A DNA stretch of 64,000 nt from an uncultured Candidatus Micrarchaeota archaeon (GCA_963714085.1 OY970229.1:960001-1024000); one strand, 5' to 3'; counted from the first letter of the stretch, positions 16,143 to 26,583 are shown. Program-made: numbers and translations. The notes: generated from the letters alone by a model not told the origin.

Positions 16143-16454
16143 CTAGTCCGGTTCGTTCGCTGCGGCTATGTCCATTATCTCGAGCGCCTTCTTCACGGAC
16201 ATCCCCTCGCGGATCCCGAGGTCCTCGGCCCATGTGGTCGTGGTCCTTATCTTCGCCTTGAGGAAGTCGTCCATACACTTCACGCCCGAGACGAAGGCAG
16301 CGACATCCCCGACCTTCTCCGCAGTCTCCTTGTCTATGTAGGAGCACGCGACATAGCCTTTCTTGGCCTTGACGACGATAAGCGGGAGGTTTCCGAGTGT
16401 CTGCCTGAGAGCGTTATATTTCCGACCGTCGCATTCCACGACGCTCTGTTCCAT
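16143..16454 (-). CDS. DUF1805 (YunC-like) protein
   Basis: PLIVVKAKKGYVACSYID..AA.VSGV..LGIREGM..ALE. Confidence 0.88.
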   Translation of the reverse strand: MEQSVVECDGRKYNALRQTLGNLPLIVVKAKKGYVACSYIDKETAEKVGDVAAFVSGVKCMDDFLKAKIRTTTTWAEDLGIREGMSVKKALEIMDIAAANEPD

Positions 16455-16705
16455 CAGAATCCCCCGGCGCGCTCCCTCCTGCGCTCAGCCTGCTCCCGTT
16501 TCTTCTCGAATATCCCTTTGTGTTTGGCGCAGCTTATGCAGTAGTAGACGTCGTTTTCAGAGAATGCCGTCACATTGTCTCCAGTCGGTAAGTCCGTTGA
16601 GAACCTGCTCCTTCTCGTATAGGAGATCGCCTTGTCGCGCGGTATGGTCCTGCCGCACGAGCAGCACGATTCAAGGCGTTCTCGCCCCCTTCTCTTTTTG
16701 CCCAT
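16454..16705 (-). CDS. rps26e: 30S ribosomal protein S26e
   Basis: KKRR, CxxCGR.IPRDKAI, YYCISCAKH. Confidence 0.9.
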   Translation of the reverse strand: MGKKRRGRERLESCCSCGRTIPRDKAISYTRRSRFSTDLPTGDNVTAFSENDVYYCISCAKHKGIFEKKREQAERRRERAGGF

Positions 16706-16710
16706 GGGAA

Positions 16711-17424
16711 TCAACCTTTGATGTCTTTCAGTTCGCCCAGCAATGTTCCATCAAGACGATATACAGATGCGGCGTCCATTTTAAATAGGTTATTGCTCAG
16801 CAGAGGGCCCATGCGCGCCCCGGAAGCCGTGAACGACGCTCCGACCAGTGGATTGAACGCCGGCATGAGCACGAGCTTTATTTTCCTGTTGAACTCCTTG
16901 TAATGCGCCGCGATGCTCTCCGGGTCCGGCTCGGCGATCATCCACACCGGCTCGCTGTGCCGCCTCCCGGACCTGTCCGTGAGCGAGAGCTGCGGGTGCT
17001 GGTGCGCGGACACGAGGTACTCCGCCTTCATGCATTCTTCAGAGGGCCAGCCGTGGCCGTGCACGAGCCCGAGCTTGCCGTGCACGAAACCATCCGACGG
17101 GACGATCCGCGCGGCGCACCCCTCTATCCCTCCGTCGTGGTTGCCGCGCACTATTGTAAGCTCGCAGAGCATGCTGAGCCTGGCGAGCATGTCCGCGGTG
17201 TTCGGGTCGAGCACGGTTATCTTCTCCTTCACGTCGCCCAGGATTATCAGCTTCTCCGCCTTGGTCTGCGCGAGAAGCTCCTTTATCCTCGTGAATATCC
17301 TTTCGCTGAAGCCCTCGTCGAATATGCCCTCCTGCCTCAGCCTGTCCTCCATGCCGAAGTGGGTGTCCCCGATGATCAGCGCCTTCCTGTGGAATATCGC
17401 AGGGGCGTTGTAGAGGAATCTCAT
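16711..17424 (-). CDS. Metallophosphoesterase
   Basis: GDTH, LGD, GNHD, HGH, AHQHP, MPAFN motifs. Confidence 0.9.
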   Translation of the reverse strand: MRFLYNAPAIFHRKALIIGDTHFGMEDRLRQEGIFDEGFSERIFTRIKELLAQTKAEKLIILGDVKEKITVLDPNTADMLARLSMLCELTIVRGNHDGGIEGCAARIVPSDGFVHGKLGLVHGHGWPSEECMKAEYLVSAHQHPQLSLTDRSGRRHSEPVWMIAEPDPESIAAHYKEFNRKIKLVLMPAFNPLVGASFTASGARMGPLLSNNLFKMDAASVYRLDGTLLGELKDIKG

Positions 17425-18683
17425 CCGCGCCTCTTCCCCCAGACGCCTATGTCGTTTCTGGAGCGCAGGTTCCCGCGCACCGCACCCAGCGCGGCCTCCA
17501 CCCTGCGCGCAGCCTCGTCCAGGCCATCGCCTTTCGCGGCCACCGCCAAAGCCCTGCCCCCGCGCGCCACGTAGCTGCCCTCCACCCCGTCAACGGATTC
17601 GAAGAGCACACCCGCGCCGCTGTCCCACACCGCGCGCTCGTCGATCTCTATCGTTTCCGCCCTCTGCCTGCCGCGCGGATAGCCTGGATGCACCGCGAAC
17701 CGCGCCACGTTCGCAGCGCCGTCGAACGCGACGTGCTTCAGGTTGCCATGGACGACGGACTCGAGCGTCTCGGCGAGATCCCCCCAGAGCGAGCCCAGGT
17801 TGCAGATGGTCTCCACCGTGCCGAGCGTAGAATTGATATCGAGCATCTTGACATTCTTCCCGGACAAGAGGAATCTCCCGCACAACGCGCCGCGGTAATT
17901 TATCCCGCGCCTGCGCAACTGGTCCACGATCGCAGTCAGCGATCCCCGCGCGGCCTCGTAATCGCTCCGGCTCATGAAGGGGAGCAGCGCGCCGCTCGAG
18001 AAGCCGCCCATGCCTTCGGTTAGCGCGCCCTGCTCGTTCTCGTTCCTGCGGAAGGAGACGTGGACCGGCGGCATGGCGGACAGTTCCCTCCCGTCCGTGA
18101 ACGCCTGCAGCGAGAACATGCCGCCCTTCTCGGCCCGCTCGAGCACGACCGCGCCATGGCGCCTTATCAGCGCCTTGCAGTGGGCGGCCAGCTCATCCCG
18201 GCTCGTGAAGTCCATCTCGCTGAACATCGCGCCCCTGGCTTCCATGCGCAGGGCCGGCTTCACGACCACCGGTCCGAGGTTGCGGAGCGCCCTGCGGATG
18301 TCGGTCTCGTTCCTGCACACGCGCCGCTCGGGAGTCCGTATCTTCGCGGCCGCCATGAGCCCGGCTGCGTATAACGCGTTGTTACCCATGACCGCTCCCG
18401 CCGAAGTCGGGCATGCCAAGGGGATGCCGGCATCGGCGAGCGCGTCGGTCAGCCCGCACTGGAGCGCGGTCTCGCTTGTAACGAACGCGAGCTCTATCCT
18501 GTTCTGTATCGCCCATGTCCCGATAGCCTCCACCGCGGTGGCCGGGCAGAGGAACGAAGAGTGCGAGAGCGATGCGATGCCGGGGTTCTTCCTTCCCATC
18601 ACGGAGAACAACATGGCCCCGCGCGCGAGCCGCTTCGCGATGGCGTGCTCCCGAGCACCGTCCCCTACAAGGAGTATGCGCAT
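17421..18683 (-). CDS. Divergent phosphoribosylamine-glycine ligase (PurD)-like ATP-grasp protein
   Basis: ILLVGDGAREHAIA, NPGI, GMG, GYP, GGR, R.DIG; several catalytic motifs altered. Confidence 0.75.
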   Translation of the reverse strand: MRILLVGDGAREHAIAKRLARGAMLFSVMGRKNPGIASLSHSSFLCPATAVEAIGTWAIQNRIELAFVTSETALQCGLTDALADAGIPLACPTSAGAVMGNNALYAAGLMAAAKIRTPERRVCRNETDIRRALRNLGPVVVKPALRMEARGAMFSEMDFTSRDELAAHCKALIRRHGAVVLERAEKGGMFSLQAFTDGRELSAMPPVHVSFRRNENEQGALTEGMGGFSSGALLPFMSRSDYEAARGSLTAIVDQLRRRGINYRGALCGRFLLSGKNVKMLDINSTLGTVETICNLGSLWGDLAETLESVVHGNLKHVAFDGAANVARFAVHPGYPRGRQRAETIEIDERAVWDSGAGVLFESVDGVEGSYVARGGRALAVAAKGDGLDEAARRVEAALGAVRGNLRSRNDIGVWGKRRG

Positions 18684-18733
18684 GCGTGTATAAAACAGGC
18701 AAGACTTATAACGTTTGAGTCTCAGAAATATAC

Positions 18734-20593
18734 GTGGCCGAATTCTTCTTCAGGCACCATGCCCCCAGACCCCATCAGCAGGAGCTCATGGATGATGCTT
18801 TCGAGGCGCTCAGCTCGGGAAAGGCGCTGCTCGCCAACGCGGCAACGGGCTGCGGGAAAACGGACGCGGTGCTCTCCGCTGCGATATCCTACGCGCACGG
18901 GACGGATATGACGGTGTTCTTCCTCACCCCCAAGATCTCCCAGCACAGGATCGCGGTCGAAGTGGTGAACGGGATCGCGGCCAAGCACAATCTCGGCATC
19001 CGCGCGGTGGACCTAATCGGACGCAGGCACGCTTGCATAGACCCGGTGCTCAGCGACCTGGACCACGACGGATTCTACCAGTCCTGCGAGAAGAAGCGGA
19101 AGAAGGAGGCATGCGTCTTCTACGGGAACGCGAAGGGATTCAATAAAACGCAGGAAGCCAGGGCGAACATGCTGTTCAAGAAAATGCTCGACAACTACGG
19201 GGCCGCGCGTGCGCACCAGGACGTGGTCAGGCTCGGCGAGCAGACCGGGTGCTGCCCCTACGAATGGCTCATGAAACTGGCCGGCGCATCCAACGTGGTG
19301 ATCGCGGACTACTACCATTTCATGATACCGGAAATACGGGACATCCTGCTCCTCAAGACGAAGAAGAAGATAGAGAACTCCATAGTCATCGTGGACGAGG
19401 CGCACAACCTCGCGAGGCGCGTGCGCGAGCACCTTTCATCCAGCGTCTCAAGCTACGTATTCGCAAGGGCGGAGAAGGAGATGCGGTTCCTGGGCGCGGA
19501 GCAGATGCCGTTGGAGGAGGGGTTCAACAAGTGGGCGCAGGAGCGCCTCGGGAAGACCGGGGAGAAGCTCGTGTCTAAGCTCGGGTTCGACAACTTCCTC
19601 TCCGATCTCGGGAAGGAGCAGCTCGCGGAATATTTCGAGGAGCTGGGATCGGAGTTCGTGGAGCGCACGAACAGGAAGTCCGCCTGCCTGCGCATGGCGA
19701 GGTTCATAGAAGGCTGGAAGAGCGACGAGGAGGGCGTGGTCAGGATATTGAAGGGGAAGGGGGAATGGTTCTCGCTCTCCAAGCGCTTCCTCGACGCGTC
19801 CGTGGCGACATCCGTGCTCAACAGATGCCATTCCTCGATCCTCATGTCCGGGACATTGCTCCCGCTCGAGATGCACAGGGACACGCTGGGCCTGGATCCC
19901 GGGAACACCATAATGAGGAGCTATCCCTCGCCCTTCGACCGCGATAACACCGTGCACCTCATAGCCGAAGGCCACACCACACGCTACTCCAAACGCGATG
20001 CCGCGAATTACGCGGCTATGGCCGGGCAGATAGACCGCATAATCTCCGAGACCCCCGGAGGCACGGCGCTCTTCTTCCCTTCTTATGCAGTGCAGAACGC
20101 CGTGCTCCCATTCATCAAGTCCGGCGACCTCCACGTCCAGCACGAGAGCGCGAGCCCGGACGAGGTGAACGAGCTGCTGCGGAAATTCGGGAACGGCGGC
20201 GTGCTGGTGGGCGTGCAGGGAGGGAGCCTGTCGGAAGGGGTGGATTTCTGCAACGAGGAAATCAAGACCGTGGTCATCGTGGGCGTCGCGCTCGAGGAGA
20301 TGAGCCTGGAGGTACAGGCGCTCATAGACTACTACCAGGATAAATTCGGCAAGGGCTGGGAATACGGCTACATGTGGCCCGCTGTCATCAAGGCGATGCA
20401 GGCGGCCGGCAGGGGCATAAGGAAGGAGACGGACCGCTGCGCGATCGTGTACATGGACGAGCGCTTCGCATGGAAGAGCTACAAGAGCGTGTTCGATTCC
20501 GGAACAAGCTTTATTATGACTTCCGAGCCAGAGAAGTACGTTAGGGAGTTCTGGGATGATCATCATGCTTCTCACCGACAGATACGCGCCTAA
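18734..20593 (+). CDS. xpd: XPD/Rad3-like FeS DNA helicase
   Basis: ATGCGKT, four-Cys cluster, DEAH, MSGT, SEGVD, QAAGRGIR. Confidence 0.93.
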   Translation: MAEFFFRHHAPRPHQQELMDDAFEALSSGKALLANAATGCGKTDAVLSAAISYAHGTDMTVFFLTPKISQHRIAVEVVNGIAAKHNLGIRAVDLIGRRHACIDPVLSDLDHDGFYQSCEKKRKKEACVFYGNAKGFNKTQEARANMLFKKMLDNYGAARAHQDVVRLGEQTGCCPYEWLMKLAGASNVVIADYYHFMIPEIRDILLLKTKKKIENSIVIVDEAHNLARRVREHLSSSVSSYVFARAEKEMRFLGAEQMPLEEGFNKWAQERLGKTGEKLVSKLGFDNFLSDLGKEQLAEYFEELGSEFVERTNRKSACLRMARFIEGWKSDEEGVVRILKGKGEWFSLSKRFLDASVATSVLNRCHSSILMSGTLLPLEMHRDTLGLDPGNTIMRSYPSPFDRDNTVHLIAEGHTTRYSKRDAANYAAMAGQIDRIISETPGGTALFFPSYAVQNAVLPFIKSGDLHVQHESASPDEVNELLRKFGNGGVLVGVQGGSLSEGVDFCNEEIKTVVIVGVALEEMSLEVQALIDYYQDKFGKGWEYGYMWPAVIKAMQAAGRGIRKETDRCAIVYMDERFAWKSYKSVFDSGTSFIMTSEPEKYVREFWDDHHASHRQIRA

Positions 20594-21749
20594 GAAGCTC
20601 GACGAGCTGATCGGCAACGACGACGCGCGCGCAAGGGTCCGGCAGTGGATCCTCAACTGGATAGCCGGGAATAAGCAGCGGCCGCTGCTGGTGTACGGGC
20701 CGGCGGGCGTTGGGAAGACCGCGACAGCCTGCGCGCTCTCCAAGGAGTTCGAGCTCGATTTGATAGAGATGAACGCGTCCGAGCTGCGCAACAAGGCGCG
20801 CATCGAGAAGGTGCTCCATGGGGCGACCATGGCCGGCTCGCTCACCGGGAACGGCAAGCTCCTGCTCATAGACGACGCGGACGCGTTCCAGGGCAGGAAG
20901 GATTTCGGCGGCGCGGGCGCGGTGGCGAAGATACTCTCGGAATGCGCGTGCCCCATGATCGTGACCGCTACCGAGATCTGGGACAAGAGCTTCTCCTCCA
21001 TACGCTCGGAGTGCGAGCTCCTGGAGATGAAGAAGGTCAGCAGGCCGACCATAAGGCGGCTGCTCGGGAAGATAGCGGACGCCGAGAAGCTCCCGGCGAG
21101 CGCCGAGCTGCTGGACGAGATATCGGACAACTGCGGCGGGGACGTGCGTTCCGCGCTCAACGACCTCCAGGCCCTGAATCCGGGCGTGCGGGACCGGGAG
21201 AAGGACATCTTCAACACCATACGCACGATATTCAAGGCAGCGACCATCAAGGAGGCCCAGGAGGCGACCCGCGGGGACCTGGACTACGAGTCCATGAAGC
21301 TCTGGATAGACGAGAACATACCCAACGAGTACACGAAGCCGGCAGACTGCGCCCTCGCGTACAACTATCTCTCGCGCTCCGACATATTCGACGGCAGGAT
21401 AAGGAAATCCAACTGGAAGTACCTCCGCTACTCCATAGACCTGGGAACCATCGGCGTCTCCATGGCCAAGGCCGAGCCGTACAGGGTGTTCACGAAATAC
21501 GCGTTCCCCAGCTACCTGCGCGAGATGTCCCGCAGCGTCGCGAGGAGGGCCATGCTCAAGGCCATAGGGCTGAAAATCGGCGGCCACGTGCACGCGAATC
21601 GGCGCGAGGCGCTTGAATATCTCCCGCTCATACAGGAGATGGGCAGGAAACACCAGGACGCGGTTGCCGACCACTACGGATTCGACGACGAGGAGACCGC
21701 GTTCATAATGGAGACAAGTCCGGGCAAGCTGCGCGCAAGGGAGAGATGA
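20556..21749 (+). CDS. rfcL: Replication factor C large subunit
   Basis: RYAPK, GPAGVGKT, EMNASE, GDVRSALNDLQ, WIDEN. Confidence 0.92.
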   Translation: MIIMLLTDRYAPKKLDELIGNDDARARVRQWILNWIAGNKQRPLLVYGPAGVGKTATACALSKEFELDLIEMNASELRNKARIEKVLHGATMAGSLTGNGKLLLIDDADAFQGRKDFGGAGAVAKILSECACPMIVTATEIWDKSFSSIRSECELLEMKKVSRPTIRRLLGKIADAEKLPASAELLDEISDNCGGDVRSALNDLQALNPGVRDREKDIFNTIRTIFKAATIKEAQEATRGDLDYESMKLWIDENIPNEYTKPADCALAYNYLSRSDIFDGRIRKSNWKYLRYSIDLGTIGVSMAKAEPYRVFTKYAFPSYLREMSRSVARRAMLKAIGLKIGGHVHANRREALEYLPLIQEMGRKHQDAVADHYGFDDEETAFIMETSPGKLRARER

Positions 21750-21752
21750 ATC

Positions 21753-23249
21753 CTAGAAGAAATCGCTCATCTTCCTTTGGCCCGGGGGCGCTTTGGGTTT
21801 TTCGATTTCTGCAGCCACCGGTCTTTCCGAAGCATTGACCCTCATCTTCCTCTGCATGCCGGCCAGTATGCTCTTCATCATCTGCTCCTTCCGCGTGGAC
21901 GCCCAATGATAGTACTCGTCGCGCGTGCCCTCGGTCATGAGGATTATCACTTCGCCCTCCTGCAGCCTGGCTGCCCTGCCCCTGCGCTGGATGGAGCGTA
22001 TCTCGGACGGTATGGGCTCGTAGAATATCACGGAGTCCACCTTGGGTATGTCCAGACCCTCCTCGCCTATGGAGCTGGAGCAGAGAACGTCGAACTTCCC
22101 GGTCCTGAAGTCCATTATCGTCTGCTCCTGTATCTTGCGCGTCACGCCGTCCTTCTTGCCCACGAATATGTGCGCGCTTATCCCCTCTGCGTTCAACGTC
22201 TCCACTATCTTCTTGAGCTGGTCCCTGTACTGGGCGAACACTATGACCTTCTTGCCCTTCATCCCTTTCAGGAGCTCCACGAGCTTCTTCAGCTTCGGAT
22301 GCTCCTCCCCAGAGGCCGCGAGCTCCCTCACCCTTGCGATGCCGGGTTCTTTGAGGACTCCGATGGCCGACTTGCTCTCCTTCTCCTCCATCTTCTCCAG
22401 GTATCTGTTGAACGCGAAAACCCCCTGCGTCTCGAGCAGCTCGGACATGTGGAGCAGGTGCATCAGGGAGTAGTAGCAGAGCATGGCCGGGTATTTCACG
22501 TTGTGCTTCAGGTTCCGCAGCCGCTCCCCGAGCTTCATGAACTGCCCCTTGTGCTTGAGCGGGGGCGGGAAGCCCATGGCGGAGAGCCGCTGGGCGTATT
22601 TGCCGGTCATCGCCTCGAGCTCGCGCTTGATGAGCAGGAGCGTGGGGGAGAGCCTGACCGGCACCCATTTCATGGAGCTCTTCTGGATGTATGGCGCCAC
22701 GTCAGGGTCCAGCGACGTCCTTATCTCGATGTTCTTTATGAAAAGCGCGTCCAGCACCTCGCTTATCCGATCACGCCTGCCTCCTGGCGACGCGGTCAGG
22801 CCGACGAAAAGCGCCTCGTCCTTCATCTTCTCCGCTATGTACGTGTACGCGTAATCCCCTATCGCGCGGTGGGCCTCGTCGAAGATGACCAGCTTGAAAT
22901 CACTGCCGAACCTGTCGTGCATCATGTCGTTGCGGATGGTCTGCGGGGTGGAGACGATGACGTCCTTTCCGTACTCCTCCTTCCGCTTCGCAGGGGGCAT
23001 CTCGCCTGTCACGAGCGATACGCTCTTGTCGTCCAGTTCCAGGATCTCCTTTATGGAATCCGCGTGCTGTTTCGCGAGCGGCTTGGTCGGCGTGAGGAAA
23101 AGGCACCGCCCCTCCTTCATCTTCGCCCTTATCAGCATCAGCGCGATCAAGGTTTTCCCGAGTCCCGTCGGGAGCACGACCAGCGTGTTGCCCCTTGCCA
23201 TGATGGATTCGAATATGGAAAGCTGGTAGGCGCGGGGGATGAGTTGCAC
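21753..23249 (-). CDS. Hef/FANCM-like DEAH helicase lacking the nuclease domain, with C-terminal PIP box
   Basis: PTGLGKT, DEAH, LTASPG, GEEGLDIP, IQRRGRAAR; ends QRKMSDFF. Confidence 0.92.
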   Translation of the reverse strand: MQLIPRAYQLSIFESIMARGNTLVVLPTGLGKTLIALMLIRAKMKEGRCLFLTPTKPLAKQHADSIKEILELDDKSVSLVTGEMPPAKRKEEYGKDVIVSTPQTIRNDMMHDRFGSDFKLVIFDEAHRAIGDYAYTYIAEKMKDEALFVGLTASPGGRRDRISEVLDALFIKNIEIRTSLDPDVAPYIQKSSMKWVPVRLSPTLLLIKRELEAMTGKYAQRLSAMGFPPPLKHKGQFMKLGERLRNLKHNVKYPAMLCYYSLMHLLHMSELLETQGVFAFNRYLEKMEEKESKSAIGVLKEPGIARVRELAASGEEHPKLKKLVELLKGMKGKKVIVFAQYRDQLKKIVETLNAEGISAHIFVGKKDGVTRKIQEQTIMDFRTGKFDVLCSSSIGEEGLDIPKVDSVIFYEPIPSEIRSIQRRGRAARLQEGEVIILMTEGTRDEYYHWASTRKEQMMKSILAGMQRKMRVNASERPVAAEIEKPKAPPGQRKMSDFF

Positions 23250-23381
23250 AAACGGTTATTGCCGTGACGAGTTTTTAACACTCTCCGCTGCAGCACCCTT
23301 TATAAACATTTTCACATAAATAGTAACAAAGAAAAGGACAAGGAAAAGGGGGATATTCTGGCTGATGAAAGCAAGGCGTCG

Positions 23382-23894
23382 TTGGACGCGATCCGCGAGT
23401 CCGAGGACTCGGCATTCCTCATAAGCGTTTTCCGCACAGGTAGAAAAGAGGAATGCGAGGCCGCAGCCGAAAGGTTCGTCAGCCTGCCAAGCTCCAAGCT
23501 CGTGCACCTCATTCCTGCGTTGAAGGATGCCGACGAGAACGTCAGGACGTGGTCAGCAGTTTCGATGGGCAGGATAAAAGACGCTTTCGTCACCGAGCAC
23601 CTCGTCGACGTGCTCAAAGACGATGACAGCGAGAGGGTGCGCGACGCCGCATTCGATGCGCTCAAGGCAATGAGGTCGACGGGCAATCTGATCGAGCTCA
23701 TCTCAGCTGAAAGGGCCAAGACCAGTTCCCTGGAAGGGAGCGCCAGGCTGGGTTCCTACTTGGACAGGATGCTGATCGATTCCCTGCCCGTGCACACGGG
23801 CCGGTATGAGGCGCCTGGGCAACCGTGCGCAGTATTGCTCATAGTGAGGCGCGAACCCCGGCCGCAAATCCGGAAGAGAACTTTGGCCAACTAG
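23382..23894 (+). CDS. HEAT-repeat protein (start uncertain)
   Basis: LIPALKDADENVR..A..MG and LVDVLKDDDSERVRDAA..AL. Confidence 0.7.
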   Translation: MDAIRESEDSAFLISVFRTGRKEECEAAAERFVSLPSSKLVHLIPALKDADENVRTWSAVSMGRIKDAFVTEHLVDVLKDDDSERVRDAAFDALKAMRSTGNLIELISAERAKTSSLEGSARLGSYLDRMLIDSLPVHTGRYEAPGQPCAVLLIVRREPRPQIRKRTLAN

Positions 23895-23895
23895 G

Positions 23896-24774
23896 CTATT
23901 CCAGTTCCTTATAAGCCATCGATATGTCCACGTTGCTTATGTCCTGCTTGACCAGCGGCTTGTCCTTTATCTGCGGCAGCATCTCCTCGTAGGTCGGCCG
24001 CTCCTCCTTGTAGAACAGCCCGATCGGGACCTTCTTGTAATTCGTCCTCGAGTCCTCAAGCGCCTTGTCCATGGCCGCGGCCTTGTCCTTGGGGTTGTGG
24101 CCGGCGGCCTCGAGCTTGTACACCCGCTCCTGGAACCACTGGTAGGTGTTGAGGTAATTGAACGTCACGCACGGCTGGAACACGTCCACCAGCGCGAACC
24201 CCTTGTGCGTGATCGCGCCCTTGATGAGCTCCTTGAGGTGGGGGATGTCCCCTGCGTAGCCCCGTGCCACGTAGGTCGCCCCTCCGTTGATGGCCGTGGA
24301 TATCGGATTGAACGGGACCTCGATCACGCCCCACGGGGTGGTCTTCGTCTTCATGCCCAGCAGCGCGGTCGGCGCGGCCTGGCCCGTGGTGAGGCCGTAC
24401 ACCTGGTTGTCGTGCACGATGTAAGTGAGGTCGTAGTTCCTCCTCATGATATGCACGAAATGCTGTACGCCTATGCCATAGCCGTCCCCGTCCCCGCCCT
24501 CGGCTATCACCGTCAGGTCCGTGTTCGCGAGCTTTATGGCGGATGCGACAGGAAGGGACCTGCCGTGCAGGGATTCGAAGCCATAGGTGCTGACATAATG
24601 CGATGTCTTCCCGGAACAGCCTATGCCTGTCACGATGACGGTCTCGTGCCTGTTCAGGCCGAGTTCTGACAACGCACCCTTGAGGGCGGCCAGCAGGCTG
24701 ATGTTGCCGCAGCCCGGGCACCACTGCACCCTCGGCTTCACTCCCAGTTCCTCGACAGTCGCCATCATGACCAC
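23896..24774 (-). CDS. korB: 2-oxoacid:ferredoxin oxidoreductase beta subunit
   Basis: WCPGCG, GIGCS, GGDGD TPP motif, YGLTTGQ, QPCVTFN. Confidence 0.95.
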   Translation of the reverse strand: MVMMATVEELGVKPRVQWCPGCGNISLLAALKGALSELGLNRHETVIVTGIGCSGKTSHYVSTYGFESLHGRSLPVASAIKLANTDLTVIAEGGDGDGYGIGVQHFVHIMRRNYDLTYIVHDNQVYGLTTGQAAPTALLGMKTKTTPWGVIEVPFNPISTAINGGATYVARGYAGDIPHLKELIKGAITHKGFALVDVFQPCVTFNYLNTYQWFQERVYKLEAAGHNPKDKAAAMDKALEDSRTNYKKVPIGLFYKEERPTYEEMLPQIKDKPLVKQDISNVDISMAYKELE

Positions 24775-26583
24775 CTAAAGCCCGTACCTCTGTGGGCTGT
24801 AATACTCGTAATCGCTGTCCCCGATCCTTACCTCTTTCTTGCCCTTGAACCCCTTTGCCGCGAGCTTCGCCACCTCGTCGGCTACCTGCTCCGGGAAGAA
24901 CGGCCTGCCGTCGTATTTGAGCAGGTGGAAATCGAACTCCGCGCTTGCATATTCCTTGAGCAGGCCTGCCAGCTGCGCAGTCGCGTTGTTCTCCAGGAGC
25001 ACGGTCTTAGCGCATTTGGAGAGCGCCTTGCGCACCTCCTTCTCGTTCACAGGGAACATGTAGGAGAAATGGAGCAGGTTCGCCTTCACGCCCTTCTCCG
25101 CGAGCAGCTCCAGGCTGTCCAGGCAGGGGAGCTTCTGGCTGCCCCAGCACACCAGCGTCACGTCAGCGGTCTTCGGGCCGTAGAGCTTCGGGCCGGGTAT
25201 CTCCTTCATCAGGCCCTCCAGCTTGGACATCCTCTTGTCCACGTGCGCCTTGCGCACCGAGAAATCCTCCGAGCTGTAGCCGGTTTCGTCGTGCTCGTAG
25301 CTCGTGGCCACGTGCATGCCGTTGGGCTCGCCCGGGAACGGCCGCGCGGACACGCCGTCGGCTGAGAGCGCATAGCGCTTGAACCTCGTGTTCGGCGCGA
25401 GTTCCGGCAGCCCCCTTGCTATCTTGCCGCGCTCTATCCTCACCTTGCTTTCGTCGAAGCGCTCCGTGGAGAATATGCTCTCCCCGAGGAACTTGTCCAG
25501 CAGTATTATGACCGGCATCTGGTATTTGTCCGCGAAGTTGAACGCCCTCCAAGCCAGCTCGAAGCACTCGTCCACGTCCCCTGGCGCGAGTATCACGCGC
25601 AGGAACTCCCCCTGGGAGGCGTGCAGCGCGAACCTCAGCTCCGCCTGCTCGGTCCAGGTGGGCATGCATGTGCCCGGTCCTGGCCTCGAGACGAGCGTGA
25701 CGACCACGGGGGTCTCGGACTCCGCAGCCATGCCCATGGCCTCGACCATGAGCGAGAATCCCCCTCCGGAAGTGCCGGTCATGGCGCGCACGCCGGCGAA
25801 GTTCGCGCCGACCGCGTAGTTCATGGCCGCTATCTCGTCCTCGGTCTGCTTCACCACTATGCCGAAATCGCGCTCGTTCTCGCACAGGTAATGGATCAGG
25901 GTGGACGCCGGGGTCATGGGGTAGGCGACATAGAACTTCATGCCGGCCTTCACCGCGCCCAAGGACACCGCCTCGTTCCCCTCCACGAATATCTTCCTCT
26001 TGTCCGAGACCGGCTTCACGCTTTTTGAGAATCCCTTGAAATTACCCTTCGCATGGTCGTAGCCGGCTTTCGCCGCCGCTATGTTCTCCTTGACCACGTT
26101 CTCCCCCTTGCGCGTGAACTCGTCACGCAGCACGTTCTCGAGCTGGTCGAAAGGATAGCCGGAGACCGCGAGCGCGGCGCCGAGGGCGACCGTGTTCGCC
26201 ATCCTCGCGGCGGCCCCTGACTTGGCGAGGAGCTCCTCGGTAGGAAGGCGGAACAGCAGGATGTCCTTCCTTGGCTTGAACTTGGCCGCGTCTATCCTGG
26301 AATCGTATATCATGGCGCCTCCCTTTGAGACCGACTGCTCGTGGAAAAGCACCGCGTCCTGATTGAGCGCGACCACGATGTCGCTGTGCATCGTCGGGGA
26401 GTGCACCGGCTTGTCCGATATCACCACCTGGTAGGAATTGTGCCCGCCGCGTATTATGGACGGATATTCCGGATAGGCGACGACGTTCAACCCGCCCCTC
26501 GTGAAGCACTTTGCGAGCGAACGGCCTGTCACCATCACACCCGCGCCCGCCTGCGCGCCGATCTTTATGCTGAGAGCCAACAT
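24775..26583 (-). CDS. korA: 2-oxoacid:ferredoxin oxidoreductase alpha (gamma-alpha fused) subunit
   Basis: YPSIIRGGHN, YPMTP, EDEIAA, TSGGGFSLM, RPGP, EHDE. Confidence 0.95.
   Translation of the reverse strand: MLALSIKIGAQAGAGVMVTGRSLAKCFTRGGLNVVAYPEYPSIIRGGHNSYQVVISDKPVHSPTMHSDIVVALNQDAVLFHEQSVSKGGAMIYDSRIDAAKFKPRKDILLFRLPTEELLAKSGAAARMANTVALGAALAVSGYPFDQLENVLRDEFTRKGENVVKENIAAAKAGYDHAKGNFKGFSKSVKPVSDKRKIFVEGNEAVSLGAVKAGMKFYVAYPMTPASTLIHYLCENERDFGIVVKQTEDEIAAMNYAVGANFAGVRAMTGTSGGGFSLMVEAMGMAAESETPVVVTLVSRPGPGTCMPTWTEQAELRFALHASQGEFLRVILAPGDVDECFELAWRAFNFADKYQMPVIILLDKFLGESIFSTERFDESKVRIERGKIARGLPELAPNTRFKRYALSADGVSARPFPGEPNGMHVATSYEHDETGYSSEDFSVRKAHVDKRMSKLEGLMKEIPGPKLYGPKTADVTLVCWGSQKLPCLDSLELLAEKGVKANLLHFSYMFPVNEKEVRKALSKCAKTVLLENNATAQLAGLLKEYASAEFDFHLLKYDGRPFFPEQVADEVAKLAAKGFKGKKEVRIGDSDYEYYSPQRYGL

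Noticed and set aside
19448..21250. Long antisense and alternate-frame ORFs here and throughout the GC-rich core
   Set aside because: Shadow frames of well-supported genes caused by high GC3 codon bias.
23311..23320. TTCACATAAA, near match to the island end motif
   Set aside because: Single mismatched copy in an AT-rich promoter with no array context.
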